A stretch of 63,491 bases of DNA, the filler included, from Dimorphilus gyrociliatus (lineage: Eukaryota > Animalia > Annelida): NCBI GenBank assembly GCA_904063045.1. It is 4 parts of 4 records of this genome, joined end to end, with 100 filler letters (N's around TTAATTAATTAA, not from the genome) between each part and the next. Parts side by side here need not be neighbours in the genome. Positions count along the whole stretch, not along the records: positions 1 to 25,798 come from CAJFCJ010000159.1; positions 25,899 to 48,046 come from CAJFCJ010000259.1; 2 more parts are not named here. The stretch is one strand, 5' to 3'. The translations under genes and the position numbers were made by a program. The notes beneath the pieces were generated by a model that searched no databases, was not told the origin of the DNA, and worked only from the letters and a program-made list of their open reading frames with translations. Numbering within the stretch: position 1 is the first letter of the stretch; the number at the start of each line of letters is the position of its first letter. Shown here one piece after another: positions 12,901 to 26,601 of this stretch.

Positions 12901-13801
12901 ACATTGCTGAATAATTAAAGTTATAAAATTATCAGCCTTAAAATTAGCATAGATAATAGGGTATTTCTTTTTTGTATTAGTTTCTTTAATATAGAGATTG
13001 CCAACAACAAATTCCTATTTTGAATCGAAATTAAGAATAATTCATCCTCCATTTTCTTGATTTTGGCCATAAAGAATAGCTATAATGTTTATCTTTAATA
13101 ACTTTTCTTTTTCAATTACACCAGTTTTATATGAAAAAAATTATCTTTATTTTTATCGTCGTGTTTTTAATTAAATATTCATAAATACAAAGCTAAACAG
13201 TTTACCAATAATATTTTATCCCTAGGGTTAGGGTTAGGGTTAAGAGTATGAGAAATAAAGAGAAAGAAATGGCTACTTTCAGATGAATCCAAGATAAGAT
13301 CATTAAGACAGAGAGAGATCATACTTTAAGAGTTTAATAATGAATGAACGAGATTATGATCTTGCTTATCATAGTTTAAAAAACAATCTTTATTCCAGAA
13401 AATTTAACACCAAAATGTTAAAATTAACTGTTAGCTGGAATAAAATCTAGGTTAGGACAATGAAGTAAGTGGCACTATTTTGTTTTAATAAATGTCAAGG
13501 TCATTTTACAAATCGAAGATTAACTTTTAGCTAATATTTCTATCGAGTATTTCTTTCTCAAAAAACAAAAAGGGAAAAAAGGGATACTGATGGGTTAGGG
13601 TTGCGGGATCATCTGTAGAGTTTGTCGATCGAATAATCTGGATCATGTCCATTTATCTAATTGCAATCTAGGCGAGCAAGAGTGTAGACTGCTTGGAAAC
13701 GTGTTTAAAAGTTGTTGCAGTTTAGAGACATAGAATATTCGATATTTTCCAAGGACTCGTTTTGTCTCTGCCAATACACGAAAAAGCGTATCTATTTGGA
13801 T

Positions 13802-14009
13802 GGATGCGACAGAAAACGGCCCCAAAAGCATGGTTTTACCCTAACCCTAAACCATCCCTAATGTATCCGTAACCCTTTTTCATTTCTCCTAACCCTTAGA
13901 TGGGACCCCCTTAACTACAAATCAATAAATGCTTTTTTCCTCCTAACCATTTCTTAACCCAAAATGCTGCCTTCAAATACCCTTCTTGGGGCCGTTTTCT
14001 GTTGATCCC
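13802..14009. mobile_element. Mutator-like MITE, 208 bp, 24-bp TIRs, 9-bp TSD, internal CCCTAA repeats
   Basis: Perfect 17-bp inverted repeat ACAGAAAACGGCCCCAA at 13809-13825 and 13986-14002. TATTTGGAT is duplicated at 13793-13801 and 14010-14018. Confidence 0.85.
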
Positions 14010-14641
14010 TATTTGGATTACTGTTACCTAAATGAGAAAAGTGTTCAAAGCACGGAAACCTATTCAAGAACTGTTCAAATACAGAGAAACCCTCTAGAAG
14101 GTATTAATTATATGGGAAAGGCTTGGAGAAAATTTGCAATCAACTCATCTATTTGTCGAATAGTTTAGAGGATGTTAACTTTAATAATTGCAAGTTAAAC
14201 TAGGAACAATGTCTAAAGATTGGCAATCTTTTAAAAACTGTTCTAGAATAGAGATATTCAATCTTGAATTAAATGAATCTGGTGACATTGGATTAAAGAT
14301 TAATGGTTGATTGATTGATTGAATTTGTAGATTTATTTAAGACTAGTTTATCAATGAATGATATCATTTAACCTTCTAAAAATAGTATTTTATGAAATTT
14401 GAAATCAAATTAATTGTCGTAATTGGTTGTTTATAAAAATAGAAAATATTAAAGCCGAGTTTCAAGTTATTAATTAAAGAGAAGAGAAGAGAAGAAGGAT
14501 AATTATTTTATGTAAACTGATATAATTTGAAAAATAATTATTTACTATCATTTAAAGATGTTTGTTTAGTATCTAAAAGACAAACTTGTACATAGATATT
14601 GCCAGTTTTCTCTTAACTATACTTTTCTTCTCTTTATCAAC

Positions 14642-17600
14642 ATGTTGCTTAAATATGGCGTTTTTACTTTGATTATCAATTTTCTTCTGTTTCCTTATTT
14701 CGAAATTAAGGCGCTTTTTGTTCTTGAACCAATTAAGGAAAATGAAAATTATATTAAAGGATTTCTATTTGCCGAAACCGATGATAATTCTATTTATTCA
14801 ATAATGATAACAAAATCTATTTTTAAACTATTCCAATCTGTTAAATATCAAATCTGCAGAGAATTAGGATACGATAAAACCTATTCACTGCTTGAGTATC
14901 ATTTATCAAAAGTTGAAAATGATGCTGTTTCATTAAAATCTTGGAAGCCTTGTTGCAAATTGTAAGACATATAATAAGGAATTTATAGCTTTATAGCAAA
15001 ATCTACAACTTTCTATTTTCTAGTAAGTTGGAGGATGAAATGATAAATGAAAGACTATTGTTAACGTGTTATAAACTCAATTCTTCCTGTAGAGAGAAAT
15101 CATACTTACAATCTGTCTATAGATAAACTTAAAAGATACCTTTTTTCAGTTATCTTCTCCAAGAGACAAGCTGACAATGTTTTTCATCTTTACTATAAGA
15201 AAATGGATAAAATATATAAAATACAATCAAATGAAAGTAAAGTTTCCTTATGCCCAAAAAGCGTTTTAACATTAAAAAGAGATCCAATAAATGTTGATCA
15301 AGGAAATTCAGTAAATTTAAATATTAAAACAACTAATAATAATTTAATTGTTAAAGTATTGAATAATGGAAATAATTCGAAATTATATTCATGCACATAT
15401 TTCGAATTAAGAGGTTAATATATTCATAAATTATTGCACTTGTATTAAAGTTTCATGATATTTATACATCTATGAATTAATAAATAAGAATTTAGAATTC
15501 TGAGGCACAAGAAACACTTCAAAGAAAGTTTACAAAGATATTTCAAATTTAAATGGGAAAATCTTTTGTACCAGTTTTTTTTTCTTATTTAAATTTAATA
15601 ACAATATTTTTTCAAAATAGACTGCTGTACTTCTATAATTCGAAATTGTATGGTTTTGGCGTAATGTTATTTGATGGCAGAATTGACGATTTAATAATAA
15701 AATCTTTTGTTTGTCAAATAACATTTGAAACTACTGGCCCATTATCAACTCCAGCTTATAGTCTCAATATTAGCAAAGTTAAAGAGAATTTTGTACATAA
15801 AATCATTTTTAATAGGAAAGAAAGAATAATATTCATTATATCCTCTCTCTCTCTCTTATATTCATAGGGATCTAGATTTTACGCTTTTAGCAATTGTGTG
15901 ACAATCAACCCAAATTCAATTGATAACAGAAATACCAGTTGTATATTTAGACAACATCACTTGAATGAAATTTCCAAACTAAAGGCCGTTAGATATAAAA
16001 ATTGCCACTCTAAAAAAAAATTAGGTCTGGTTCTTAATTCCTAAATGAAAAGCTAATAATTGAAATAAAACCAAACGGAAATAGAACTACAAGCGCTTCT
16101 AAATAAGAAAATTGTATTACGTAATAAGCGGGAAATATTATTTCCGGTTTATGGAAAAGACCAACAAGCAGGAAAGAATGATTTTACAGGAGAATTGCAA
16201 GTGATATGGAAAAATGTTTTCTTGTATATTTCTTTTATGAATCATAGAGAGTTGTTGTTAGTTTGCAGACATTTGGGATTTAATTCCGGCTATTTGTCAT
16301 TAAATTATAGAAGTCTTTACAAAAGAAATTTCTTCTTCTTCATACCTCGAATAGTTTGTAATGAAAATTCAACAGATTTCAACCAGTGTAGCATACCATT
16401 TCATAAGTTCATTATCTCTTTAAAATTCGATTGTTGGTTTATTGTTTTTCTCTTTTTTAACTGTATTTCGTCCTTTTATTTAGATCTTTTATTGATTTTT
16501 CTAAAATTACAACAATAACTTGCTCGAGAGAAGGTGAAATGACCTACTTTTTTGAATATTTTAAAGGAATAACATACCCCTTCTTTCTCTACTTTGTCAG
16601 ATAAAGAATGTAGTGAAAAAGCAACCTTTCAATACGAAGGAGTTTGTTATTATTCATTTAAAAATAAACGAAAGAAGACTGTATTTGAACATGAAAAATT
16701 ATGTAAAAGTAAAAATTTAACGTTAAGCGATTTACCAACTTTGAACCCTAATCACGTGATCAGTTACATTAGTTTTCAATATCAAACGAGCGTTTCAATT
16801 ACATCTTGTACGTTTGTATACTACCACAATCCAGTTTTAAATCCATTATTCATGATTGTTGAAAACTATCCAGATATAAAACTACTGGACAGAGATGACA
16901 GACATTTCTATGTGACAAACACTAACTTTCTATCTGATTTAATGTCTAGACAAGACTATAATGCAATTCAAAAATCGTCTTCACATTGTTTTAGAATGTT
17001 GAGCTATAATTCATTTCCACAAAGATTGCGTGAAGGTACAATACTCTTTGAGAATAAGCGTCTAAGGTAAGTTTTGAGATGCTTAATCCCCTTACTTATC
17101 AGTTTATCAATGATAAAAGGGATTTCTTTGCAAAAGACTGGTAAGAAAATTGAAAAGTTTTTAAAATAACTTCAATGTGAAGCCTTTACAAAGCTAACTC
17201 CTCTTTAGGAGAAAATTGAAATCATTCAATGATATTAATGTGACAGTCATTAAAAATACTGATCCTCATATAAGGAATAGTTTAACACTCTGCCACAGCA
17301 GTATAGGTAAGTTGAAATCTTTTTCTCTCATTCAATTCCAAATCATTCAATCATTCACCCTTAGATTCATTTCAAAATTCAATACCAAAACTACCAATAG
17401 CCTTAAATGGGTCATACTTTATTTGTTACAAGGACGACACCTATATCAATTTTGTATACGTATGCGACGGTTTAAATGATTGTTCATCGAGTGAAGATGA
17501 AGAAAACTGCATCCACGAAAAGAGAATTTTTCAATGTTTCTCCTTAAAGGAAACAATTAATTATTCGCTAGTTTGCGATTTTATAGACGATTGCTCGGAT

Positions 17601-20300
17601 AAATCTGACGAAATGTTTTGCTGTAGGTAATAATTATGAAAGAAACTTGAAATAATGTGGCGAAATAAATGAATTTTTCAGCTTTTCAAACATGTACAAA
17701 CAACAGCAGGTGAAGGATCGCACTGAATATTTAAACATTTTAAAATATGTACCTAAATATCTTTCTATAGTTTCCGGTGTTCAAATGAACAATGTACAAA
17801 CATTGAATGGAAATGCAACAATGAAATTAATTGTTTCGATTCTAGCGACGAAATTTGTTATGGTAAAAAAGAATGAAATTTTACGAAAAATGATTTTAAT
17901 TAAAGTTTAAAAATAATTTTCGTAAAAGAATGCAACAGCAATAGCCAATTTTTTTGCGATGGAAAATGCATTAACAACAACGCTAGATGTAATTTTAAAA
18001 GTCAGTGCTTCGATGGACTAGACGAAAAAGATTGCGATGCCGTTACAGTACAATCCAGCTGTAAAAATATTATCAATGCTAAATGTTTAATTGAAGAAAG
18101 TTCTAAAGGGATTATTCTTAATCCGCCAGGAAATCCTATTAAACAAAAATGCAAATCTTTTATATGTAAACCGGAACAGTATAAATGCGTACTGGAAGGT
18201 TATTGTCTTAAAATAGAATTACTCTGTGATGGTATAAAACACTGTCATCTAGGTGATGACGAACTCAATTGCGGTTGGAGTTGAAATAATTAAATAATAG
18301 CCTATACATCTACTTCTTCTTTCTGTTGTTTATGTTAGAGAACTACTCACCAAAAGGATTTTTCAAGTGTAGAAAGGAGAAGAAGTATCTACAAATTTCA
18401 AATGTTTGCGATGGTATAATCCATTGTCGGTTTGGCAGTGATGAACTACTATGCGGCAGGAAGGATAGAGGGGAAGAAGGAGGAAGAGGTAGCCTACCAC
18501 AAGGCTGTTCTCTTATAATACCCTACTTTATGGAATGTCTAATAAACACGACTTTTAGCAAACATTTGCACTCGATTCCAAATGAAGTTAAAAGACTCCG
18601 TATAATTGGAAATATGACTTGCGCATGCGTAATCGATTCATGGAACATTCGTAGTATTAGTATAAGTAAAAATATGATATTAAGGGAATGGCTATTCAAA
18701 AATATTAAGAATATCATTTTTTTAAGTTTGGTTGACAATAATTTGGAGGATGTGGATTTCATTCAAAATCAGACGTTAAGTCTACTTCAACACTTTAATT
18801 TATCAAAGAACAGAATTAGATCAATCAAATTTCTGCATAGACTAAATTGTCAAAATTTATTATATTTAGATATTTCCAATTCAAATATTCAAACTATAAG
18901 AAAACTCGATACGATTCAATTTAAAACACTTTTAACGCTTTCCATTCGAAATAGTTTTATTAAAGAAATAGAGGAAGGCGTCTTTCAAAGTTTTCGCACC
19001 GTTCAAAAGTTGACAATGGAAAGGACGAAAATTTCATTAAATGATATAGCAAATAATTTAAAACTACTCAAAGGAATTAAAACGATCATCACCGAACAAT
19101 TTCAAATATGTTGCCTCATTGATGAGTATCACGGATCAGAAGTAAATTGTACTGCATTACCGCCAAAATTTATCACTTGCCACAATATAATTCCCAATAG
19201 ATATACTAGAATTCTATTTTGGTGTTTTGGAATTATAGGCCTATTGGCAAATTTCATCCTATTAATATCATTAATTATATCTGAAGTTGTTTCTTCAAGA
19301 GTGTTTAGGTTGAATTTATCATTAGCCGACTTACTAGCGTCAATCTATATCGTTTCAATATGTATTGCCGATATTTATTACGATAAGGAGTCTTTCCTAG
19401 AAAATGAAGAAGAATGGAGAAATAGTACAATATGCCATCTGCTTGGCAGTTTAATGTCATTTTCATTGCTTTCCTCAATGTCTAGTATTCTATTGATTGC
19501 AATGGAAAGATACGAAGTTATTGTAAATCCTTTTAAAGCATCTAAAATTAAACAATTTAAATATACATTTACATTGATAACAATCATATTTTCGCTGGTT
19601 TTATTAACAGTGTTGAATGTGCAGTATACAGTAAGTTGAACAACTGAGAGAAAGAGAGGGATGGATGCCAGAAAGAGAGAATTATCCTAATTCTATCCAT
19701 GCCCATCCTAATCTTATCTTATTGTAGTTTTTCCGAACCAATGTCACTTGGATTGTTTTTCAATTGGAACTCTTTTAAGGAATTCTATTCAAAGACAACA
19801 ATCTGCTTCAATATTTATATAAGAAAGGAAAAGAGCGAAGGATGGATATATTCATTTCTCTTCTTTAATCTTATACCATTCATTCAAAGTTTATTTATTT
19901 GTTCCCTTTACCTTAAGATATTTATGTATGTCAGAAGATACACTTTAAAAGAGCAACTCACCAAAAGCAAAAATATATCTATTACTGTCTATGTTATATC
20001 ATTTTCGAATGTACTAATATGGACACCGTTATCCGTACTAGGTTTGTTGACAAGTGCGAATTACAATAAATGGGTTGCTGTTAGGCGGCCATTTTGTGTG
20101 TTGTTTATCATTCAATGATATATGTATTTTCAGGATTTATATCATTATTTTTTGATGTGAATATACAAAATGATGTTTATGTGCTGATCATGGCATTTTT
20201 CATACCAATTAATCCAGTACTTAATCCGATTATTTATTGCGCTCATGATATAAAAATGTACTGTGATAAGCTGAAATGGCAGAAGCATAGAGCCAAGTGA
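14642..20300 (+). CDS. GRL101-like GPCR: signal peptide, SRCR-like modules, C-type-lectin-like module, 6 LDLa, LRRs, 7TM; multi-exon and apparently intact
   Basis: Signal-peptide-like N-terminus at 14642; SRCR-like GELQVIW..VCRHLGF..IVCNENSTDFNQC; six LDLa motifs at 17420-18455; LRRs, TM3 MERY and TM7 NPIIY. A continuous frame can be built with GT-AG introns mostly of ~55-80 bp. The N-terminal exon chain is partly inferred. Confidence 0.8.
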
Positions 20301-21032
20301 TAGCTTTCTTCATATATAATTAGACAAAACAAATTAGTTTTCATTTCCTTTATAGATTGAGTATGATACAAAAGCTTTTAACAGATTTATCCAACCAATG
20401 TAAGTAATTCTACTGGAGTCAATCTATTTATATTCTGCTTCCCGCTCCCTCTCTATAGATATATCTTTTATGAACGATAATGAATTTTTCATTCAAAAAC
20501 AAACATTTGGTTCTTATGAAAACATTTTACTTGATGATAATTTCTTAAATAATTTTCAGTATCTAATCTGTTTAAAAGATGTTATTAAAGGTTTAAAATT
20601 ATTATTTCATCATCAATTGTCATTTAGATGCACACATTTACAAGATCATATATTCTACGAGGTAAAAGTTAAAACATTAACGAATACAAAGGTTTCTTAT
20701 TTACCATTCTTTTTTTTAGAAAGAGAGAAAGAAATACTTTTTGTGTGTAGACCAATTTGTAAAATTAAATGATAAATGTGGCCATCATACCACTGTTGCC
20801 TTTCCTCCCCTCCATCATCATCATCCTCCTACCGCAACTGGTAGAGTTGCAATTGACGATAGTATTGACAATATGAAAGAGCTTATTTATAATTTTGGGA
20901 TATTTGTTAAGACTATTCTCAGGAGAGGGATTGTTAAAAATGGAAAGATTATAATCTAAACAAACAAAAACATTGGAGCCTGTTCTTTGTAGTTCATCTT
21001 ATTAAATTATGTTTTTTATTCATTAAACACTT

Positions 21033-21299
21033 TTACCTAGTTCTTGACCTTGTATTACTTACATTTTTTATTCTTACTATCATATATAGTCGCCTTAAAA
21101 TACACTTGTTTGTAAAACATTTTCCAAGAGATAATTTAAAAGTTCCTTCAATTTCCCTCATAAACATCGAAGTGGACCATAAAAAGACTGTTACGTAAAA
21201 TACATCTTCATAAGCAGATAAATCGTTGATAAAAGTGAATCTTGGATTAGTCAAAGATTTCAAATATTCCAATTTTTTTGTCTTAATATCCCATTCCAA
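21033..21299 (-). CDS. Paraoxonase/arylesterase-like exon or fragment
   Basis: LEWDIKTKKLEYLKSLTNPRFTFINDLSAYEDVFYVT resembles the PON segment FxFxEEEKSLLHLKTIRHKLLxxxNDIVAVGPEHFYxT. Other exons were not recovered. Confidence 0.4.
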   Translation of the reverse strand: MEWDIKTKKLEYLKSLTNPRFTFINDLSAYEDVFYVTVFLWSTSMFMREIEGTFKLSLGKCFTNKCILRRLYMIVRIKNVSNTRSRTR

Positions 21300-23740
21300 T
21301 GTAGGCTTTCAAGGCAGCAGGAAAAGCTAATTTAGCTCTCTACAAGGCGGTCTCTTAGTCTGGAGAGCTTTTTCACCTAATATTATCTATCATGCTGGTC
21401 ATTTTTCGGTCGATGGAGTCTTGAACAGAAATCCACTTTTATTGGACTTGTATTTACAACACAAATTTATTGATTTTGGCCAAATCCTGTTAGTCTGCTT
21501 TAAAATTACCTCTGACTACAGATGGCACTATACTGGATTGTATATTGATACGTTTTACTAGTTGAAAGAGCAAACCTCTACAATACGCAACGTTTTTAAA
21601 AAAATCATAAAATGATTATTAAATACATAAAATTTTTGTCATAAATTTCTACATTAGCAAAAGCTGTTGGTAAAACTCAATTTAATACTGACTTTACTCT
21701 GAAATTCCAAAGTCACAATACTCAAGATTGTGAAAAATGTTTTATTCAGAATATCCACAATGATTCTTTTGAGTAGATTGGCAAATTGACAGATTTGCAC
21801 TTGAACAATACTTGAACGAATTCTATCCATTCTTATAGATTTTTGATAGGAAAGATAGTGTAAATTCTATATACATAGCTCAAAATTGGAAAGCATGCAC
21901 CAGATTTGAGAAGTATGATGGAAAAAGACTTTCTCCTCAAACTATTATATAAAAACGGGTACTATTTTACTTTACAGTAATTTCTATTTAAAAATTTTTC
22001 ATAAAACTGAGCAGAAAAACGTTTGGTCTTCTTCCTTGATTCTGCCAAATAGTTAGATAAAAGTCAGACCGAAACCTAATTAAAAAATCTATTATCATAG
22101 ATAAAAGATGTGGATAAATTGGAATTCTATTTCGAACTTCTCTATTTTTTTACTATTATTATTATTAAAATACGATTTAATCCTAAACAAAGATTCCGTT
22201 TGAAAAGTTACTGTTGTTAAATAATCTTTCATGAATTATTGATTGTTACAAAGGCCAGTTGTCTTTTTAAAACACTTTAATACGTACTCTCCACTAGGAA
22301 AAGATTTGTGAGGCTTCCGTTCCAAGCTGCAATAACTAATAATAGAAATTATTTAAAGAATAGATTATGGATTGCTAGTTAGAGAGAGATTAATAATCCA
22401 TACAATTCCTGTTCTTAACTTTTAGTCAGCTAATTTCTCTGGGCGTCTAATTATTTTGTTTACTGAGTTTTTTCATTGAGTAGACGTTTACAAAAAATAT
22501 TTCATCATTTCCATCTTCGAAATTATTTATTAATATGATAAATTTCTTAAATCTGGTATAACAGTTTCCGTCACTTTTATCATTGCAGTCTACCGTACCA
22601 TCGCAAACCTGGCCTGAGTAGCCAGCCTTTGTTTACTTTGAATATTTGAATATAGTTGTATTTGTTAATGTTAATTCATAATTAATATTTTCATGTTGTT
22701 GTCGTAGAATTTAAATATTGATAGGGTTAGGCTAACCCTAACCCTAACCTCTTTGTTTTGAGAACATAACTTCAAGCAAATGTGAATTTTGTAAACCTTC
22801 CAACCAATTGGAACCATATTTCAAAGACATATGACTCATCAATTTAACAAATTCGTCTTTAAGCTCAAGAGTTGAAAGATTTTTGTCAGTAATATTTGCA
22901 TGCAGATAACTAAACAATTCTTTCATCTCATTGAGAACTTCATAGAAATAGTCATTCAGAACAATTTTATTTATATTCAATCTAATCTCTCTTTCAATTG
23001 TAAATGACATTTCAAAAGTAGACATTCCAGTATGAAAAAATTCCTCAATTGTTTTTGGTTGAATATTACTTGAGTAAATTCTCAATTTCTGATACCTGAA
23101 TACAGATAACCTGTTTTACAACATAATATTCAAGTGCAAGACATTTTGTTAATTGTAGAATGACTATAACTACAATTTTTTGGTTTCAAATATGGTTTTA
23201 ACAAAATGAATAACTTTTTAGAGGTAGGATTTTGAGCTATTAGAGTTTGGGAAATCATAAATTTAAACACAAAGAGGCCTGCCATTGACAGTATTTTCAA
23301 CCAAATCTCCTTACAAATAGTTTATAAGATTACCAATAATGTTGACTTTCAATTTTCCTTTGTAGGCCTATTTTATCTGTAAATGATATGATTACGTAAA
23401 TCAACAGATTTTTAAAAATGAAAAAACTTCAAATTCAAACAATGTAGCATTTATCTTTAAGCTAAACTCAATAGATTTTGCCCAAGCATGTACTTTGAGG
23501 GGGATAATCAAAAGTGTTTAAAAACGAGTATATGCCTAATTCAGGCCCATTTATCGTAGAGGCCTCTGTTAACTAAAATGTGAATTTTGTTCAAAAACAA
23601 TTCTAATTTTTATTCAAAGCAGATCAGAAGAAACTATTCAATTGTGTGAAATTGAACCATAATTTCATAAATCCTTTCTTTGTTCTGTTTATTTTCTATA
23701 GTTTGTCAGAGATTCAGAACCTTAATAATAACTTTCTGCT

Positions 23741-23789
23741 TAGGGTTAGGGTAAAACCACAAAACTGTGGGCGTTTTCAACAACATCCC
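23741..23789. mobile_element. Terminal fragment of the TTAGGG-bearing MITE family
   Basis: TAGGGTTAGGGT followed by the TIR GGGCGTTTTCAACAACATCCC. Confidence 0.55.
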
Positions 23790-24827
23790 AAAGAAACAAG
23801 TTGCAACGGTAGATGAAATTTGTAAATGATGAAGACTCCTATGACTAGTGTTAGGACTCAATATAAAAATGAAGTAGGGTATGTCTAAATGGGGTTATTA
23901 AATTATTAATATTGCTTGAAAATGACTCATTCCTTGCTATGTTGTAGACAGACCAGCTGTATTATCTACTCAAAGCAAATTTGATAACTAGCAGAACAAT
24001 GGCTCGAATGATAAAAATACAACAGAATCAGAAAAATCATTGACTATACTTTCTCTCTGATTCTTTAACAACTTTAAAAGTTATTTCACATCTGTACTTG
24101 ATTCCTTTTTGGATGAGTTAATAACAACGACTCTACCACAGTCTAAATCGTGAGTTTGATCTGAGTCTTGATATATTTCCGCATTGATGACATGCCCGTG
24201 AATAGAGAAGCTGTTTAACACGAACGCTTTTATCCATTCCTGGTCTCCTATGGATGAATCTTGCAGTCAGTTAGGATAGGATTTAGTAATAGGAACTAAT
24301 ATTGTTTAGACAAAACATGCTAATGGCTACAAAACTGAACTATGTCCTGTTAAAACTCTTCTAAGAGTTGAAAATTGACAGATACAAATATCTATGGATG
24401 CAGGCATATTCAAGATAAGATGGTGTGTACTGTCCCAGCCCCGAAATTAAAGAATTGGATAAATTTGAACAAGTCCTTTATCAAAGGGATTAGATTAAAA
24501 TGAAAAAAAAGTGGGGCTAAAATGTTGACATTCAGATACTAAATTTGATTTAGTAACTAATTCTCCAATCATAAAAGCTCATGAATATTCATAAGGACTA
24601 ACAATAGTTTCCCTGACTTGTACAATAGAATAGACAGATGGTGTTTTAACATTTAAATAAATGTAAAAAATAGATTTGATGAATTATTGGTGAAAAAATT
24701 GACATGAAGAAGATTTATAGACTTTGGAAGATTGTTGATAATGAATTATTAATTAAAACCTCTTGAATAATAGAGACTCTCATTATAGTATAAACAAGTA
24801 AAATAATTCAAAAAATCACCCTTCATC

Positions 24828-25015
24828 CGATGTGGTAGAAAACGTCCATAAATCTATGGATTTATCCTAACCCTAACTCAGCCCTTGTTTATGCCTAACC
24901 CTTAGATCAGATCCACCTAAGTATATATTAACAGTTATCTTATTCCTCCTAACCATTTCCCACTTTAAAATCTAACTTTCAAATATTTCAGTTATGGCCA
25001 TTTTCAACCAGTCCC
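24828..25015. mobile_element. MITE of the same family, 188 bp
   Basis: Imperfect 24-bp TIRs CGATGTGGTAGAAAACGTCCATAA / TTATGGCCATTTTCAACCAGTCCC. The internal CCTAACCCTAAC...CCTAACCCTTAGAT...CCTCCTAACCATTTC is collinear with 13802-14009. Confidence 0.7.
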
Positions 25016-25302
25016 ATTCAGTCCTTGTATCTTCTGTTCTGTCAAGGCCATTCCTCCTGCATGAATTTTTTTGAAATTCAACAATTCAATAATTGTTGAA
25101 ACATTTAATAGAAATATATCAAGTCTATCTAATAAGTTATTAAACTAATGTTTTATTCAGAAAAACATTTCTCTTTTTTTTCTATTGTTGAACTTTTTAA
25201 TAACATTTTATAGGATTTGTAATGTTAATTTTAGCATAGTAAAGTGACTTGTCTTCGCTCCAGTTTATTTCTCTCTCTATTTACAATTTGCAGTGTAGAA
25301 GG

Positions 25303-25403
25303 ATGAGAAAGGCAAGAGCAACTTTTCTACTAATCATCTCAAATTTTATACAGTGCACTTTTTGTGGTTTGTATACAAATCTATTTATCAAAAGTTTAAA
25401 AAC

Positions 25404-25442
<39 letters not shown>

Positions 25443-25798
25443 TCTCTCTACTTCTTTCTTTAATTGATAGAAAACATATGCTTGGATGACGAAGACTGCT
25501 CACCTCTTGAAATTTGTACACTTAACACTTGCACTTGTAATCTAAAAGTGTTTGGAACAACAATTTGTGATGATGGTAAACTTTGACCAACATCATCATC
25601 ATCTATCATTTACATACCTTTCCTTTATTAAAACAACAGCAACAGGAATAAGTTTAAGGAAGCAGAGACCTGCAAATATCATTGGAAAAGGTAGAATGCT
25701 AAATTCTTCTTTGGGACAATGTTATATGGAATGCATCGTTCATGATTCCTTTGAATGTGTTGGTATTTTTATGGAAATTGGATCATCTATATGTGAAT
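25303..25798 (+). CDS. Secreted Cys-rich protein (EB/EGF-like plus PAN/Apple-like), truncated by the contig end
   Basis: Exons 25303-25366, 25471-25575 and 25640-25798 join in frame via GT-AG introns. Motifs: CLDDEDCSPLEICTLNTCTC and QCYMECIVHDSFECVGIFMEIGSSICE. Confidence 0.65.
25407..25449. repeat. (CT)n microsatellite in an intron
   Basis: Visible TCTCTC run. Confidence 0.9.
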
Positions 25799-25898
25799 NN
25801 NNNNNNNNNNNNNNNNNNNNNNNNNNNNNNNNNNNNNNNNNNTTAATTAATTAANNNNNNNNNNNNNNNNNNNNNNNNNNNNNNNNNNNNNNNNNNNN
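25799..25898. other. Artificial contig linker (44 N + TTAATTAATTAA + 44 N)
   Basis: Exactly 100 bp with a six-frame stop core. An identical structure recurs at 48047 and 56843. Confidence 0.97.
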
Positions 25899-26016
25899 CA
25901 CAATACAATTGGCAAATGAACAAAGAACTCTGCAAGGCTGTATGTTGAGGAGAGAATAATTATCTTTATTATATTCTATTTTATTATAGAAAAAAATCTT
26001 TAATATATCTTATATA

Positions 26017-26600
26017 CAGTATAGGCAAAAAGTCCCCAGCCACCTTGCTACCCAGCTATACAGAATAACTACTTTTAATAGATAATAAAAATGATTAATA
26101 TGTATAAACTAATATCCTTTACAACAAAATATCAAAAAATTGTTTTTCTTCTATAAAATCCAGTTTTAGTTATTATACCTCAAAAAAGGGATTACTTAAA
26201 AATGAGTCACCATTTATTTAACTAAATATTTTATTTTTTAAATCTACCTTAGGACACTGTTTTACAATTTCTATACATGAATTATTATCATATTTTATGA
26301 AAATATAGTAATAATACTTTTAAACCTTTTTAATACTTGGTATGACAACCCTTATTGAAAAGACACAGCTGTAGCCTCTTTCTAAAACTATTAAACAATT
26401 TTTCAACATATTCAGTTGGAATATTGTCAAATTCTTGCTGTTGTCCATAGATTTTCTTCATTTGTGCACATATGTTTACCAACCCTTCCTTTTAGGTATG
26501 ACCATAAATTTTCTATAGGATTTAGGTCAGGACTCTGGGCTGACCAGTCTTGCAAGTGCCTTATGTTCTTTTCATCTAGATACCTTAAGGTACTCCTAGA
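26017..26600 (-). mobile_element. Tc1/mariner remnant: transposase C-terminus and one end
   Basis: The minus strand reads DWSAQSPDLNPIENLWSYLK and RLQLCLFNKGCHTKY*, with stops and frameshifts. A TA|CAGT terminus lies at 26015-26020. Confidence 0.8.
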
Positions 26601-26601
26601 T

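Noticed and set aside
20470-20772. Kinase-like fragment (DVIKGLKLLFHH)
   Set aside because: The resemblance is too weak and no catalytic motifs were found.
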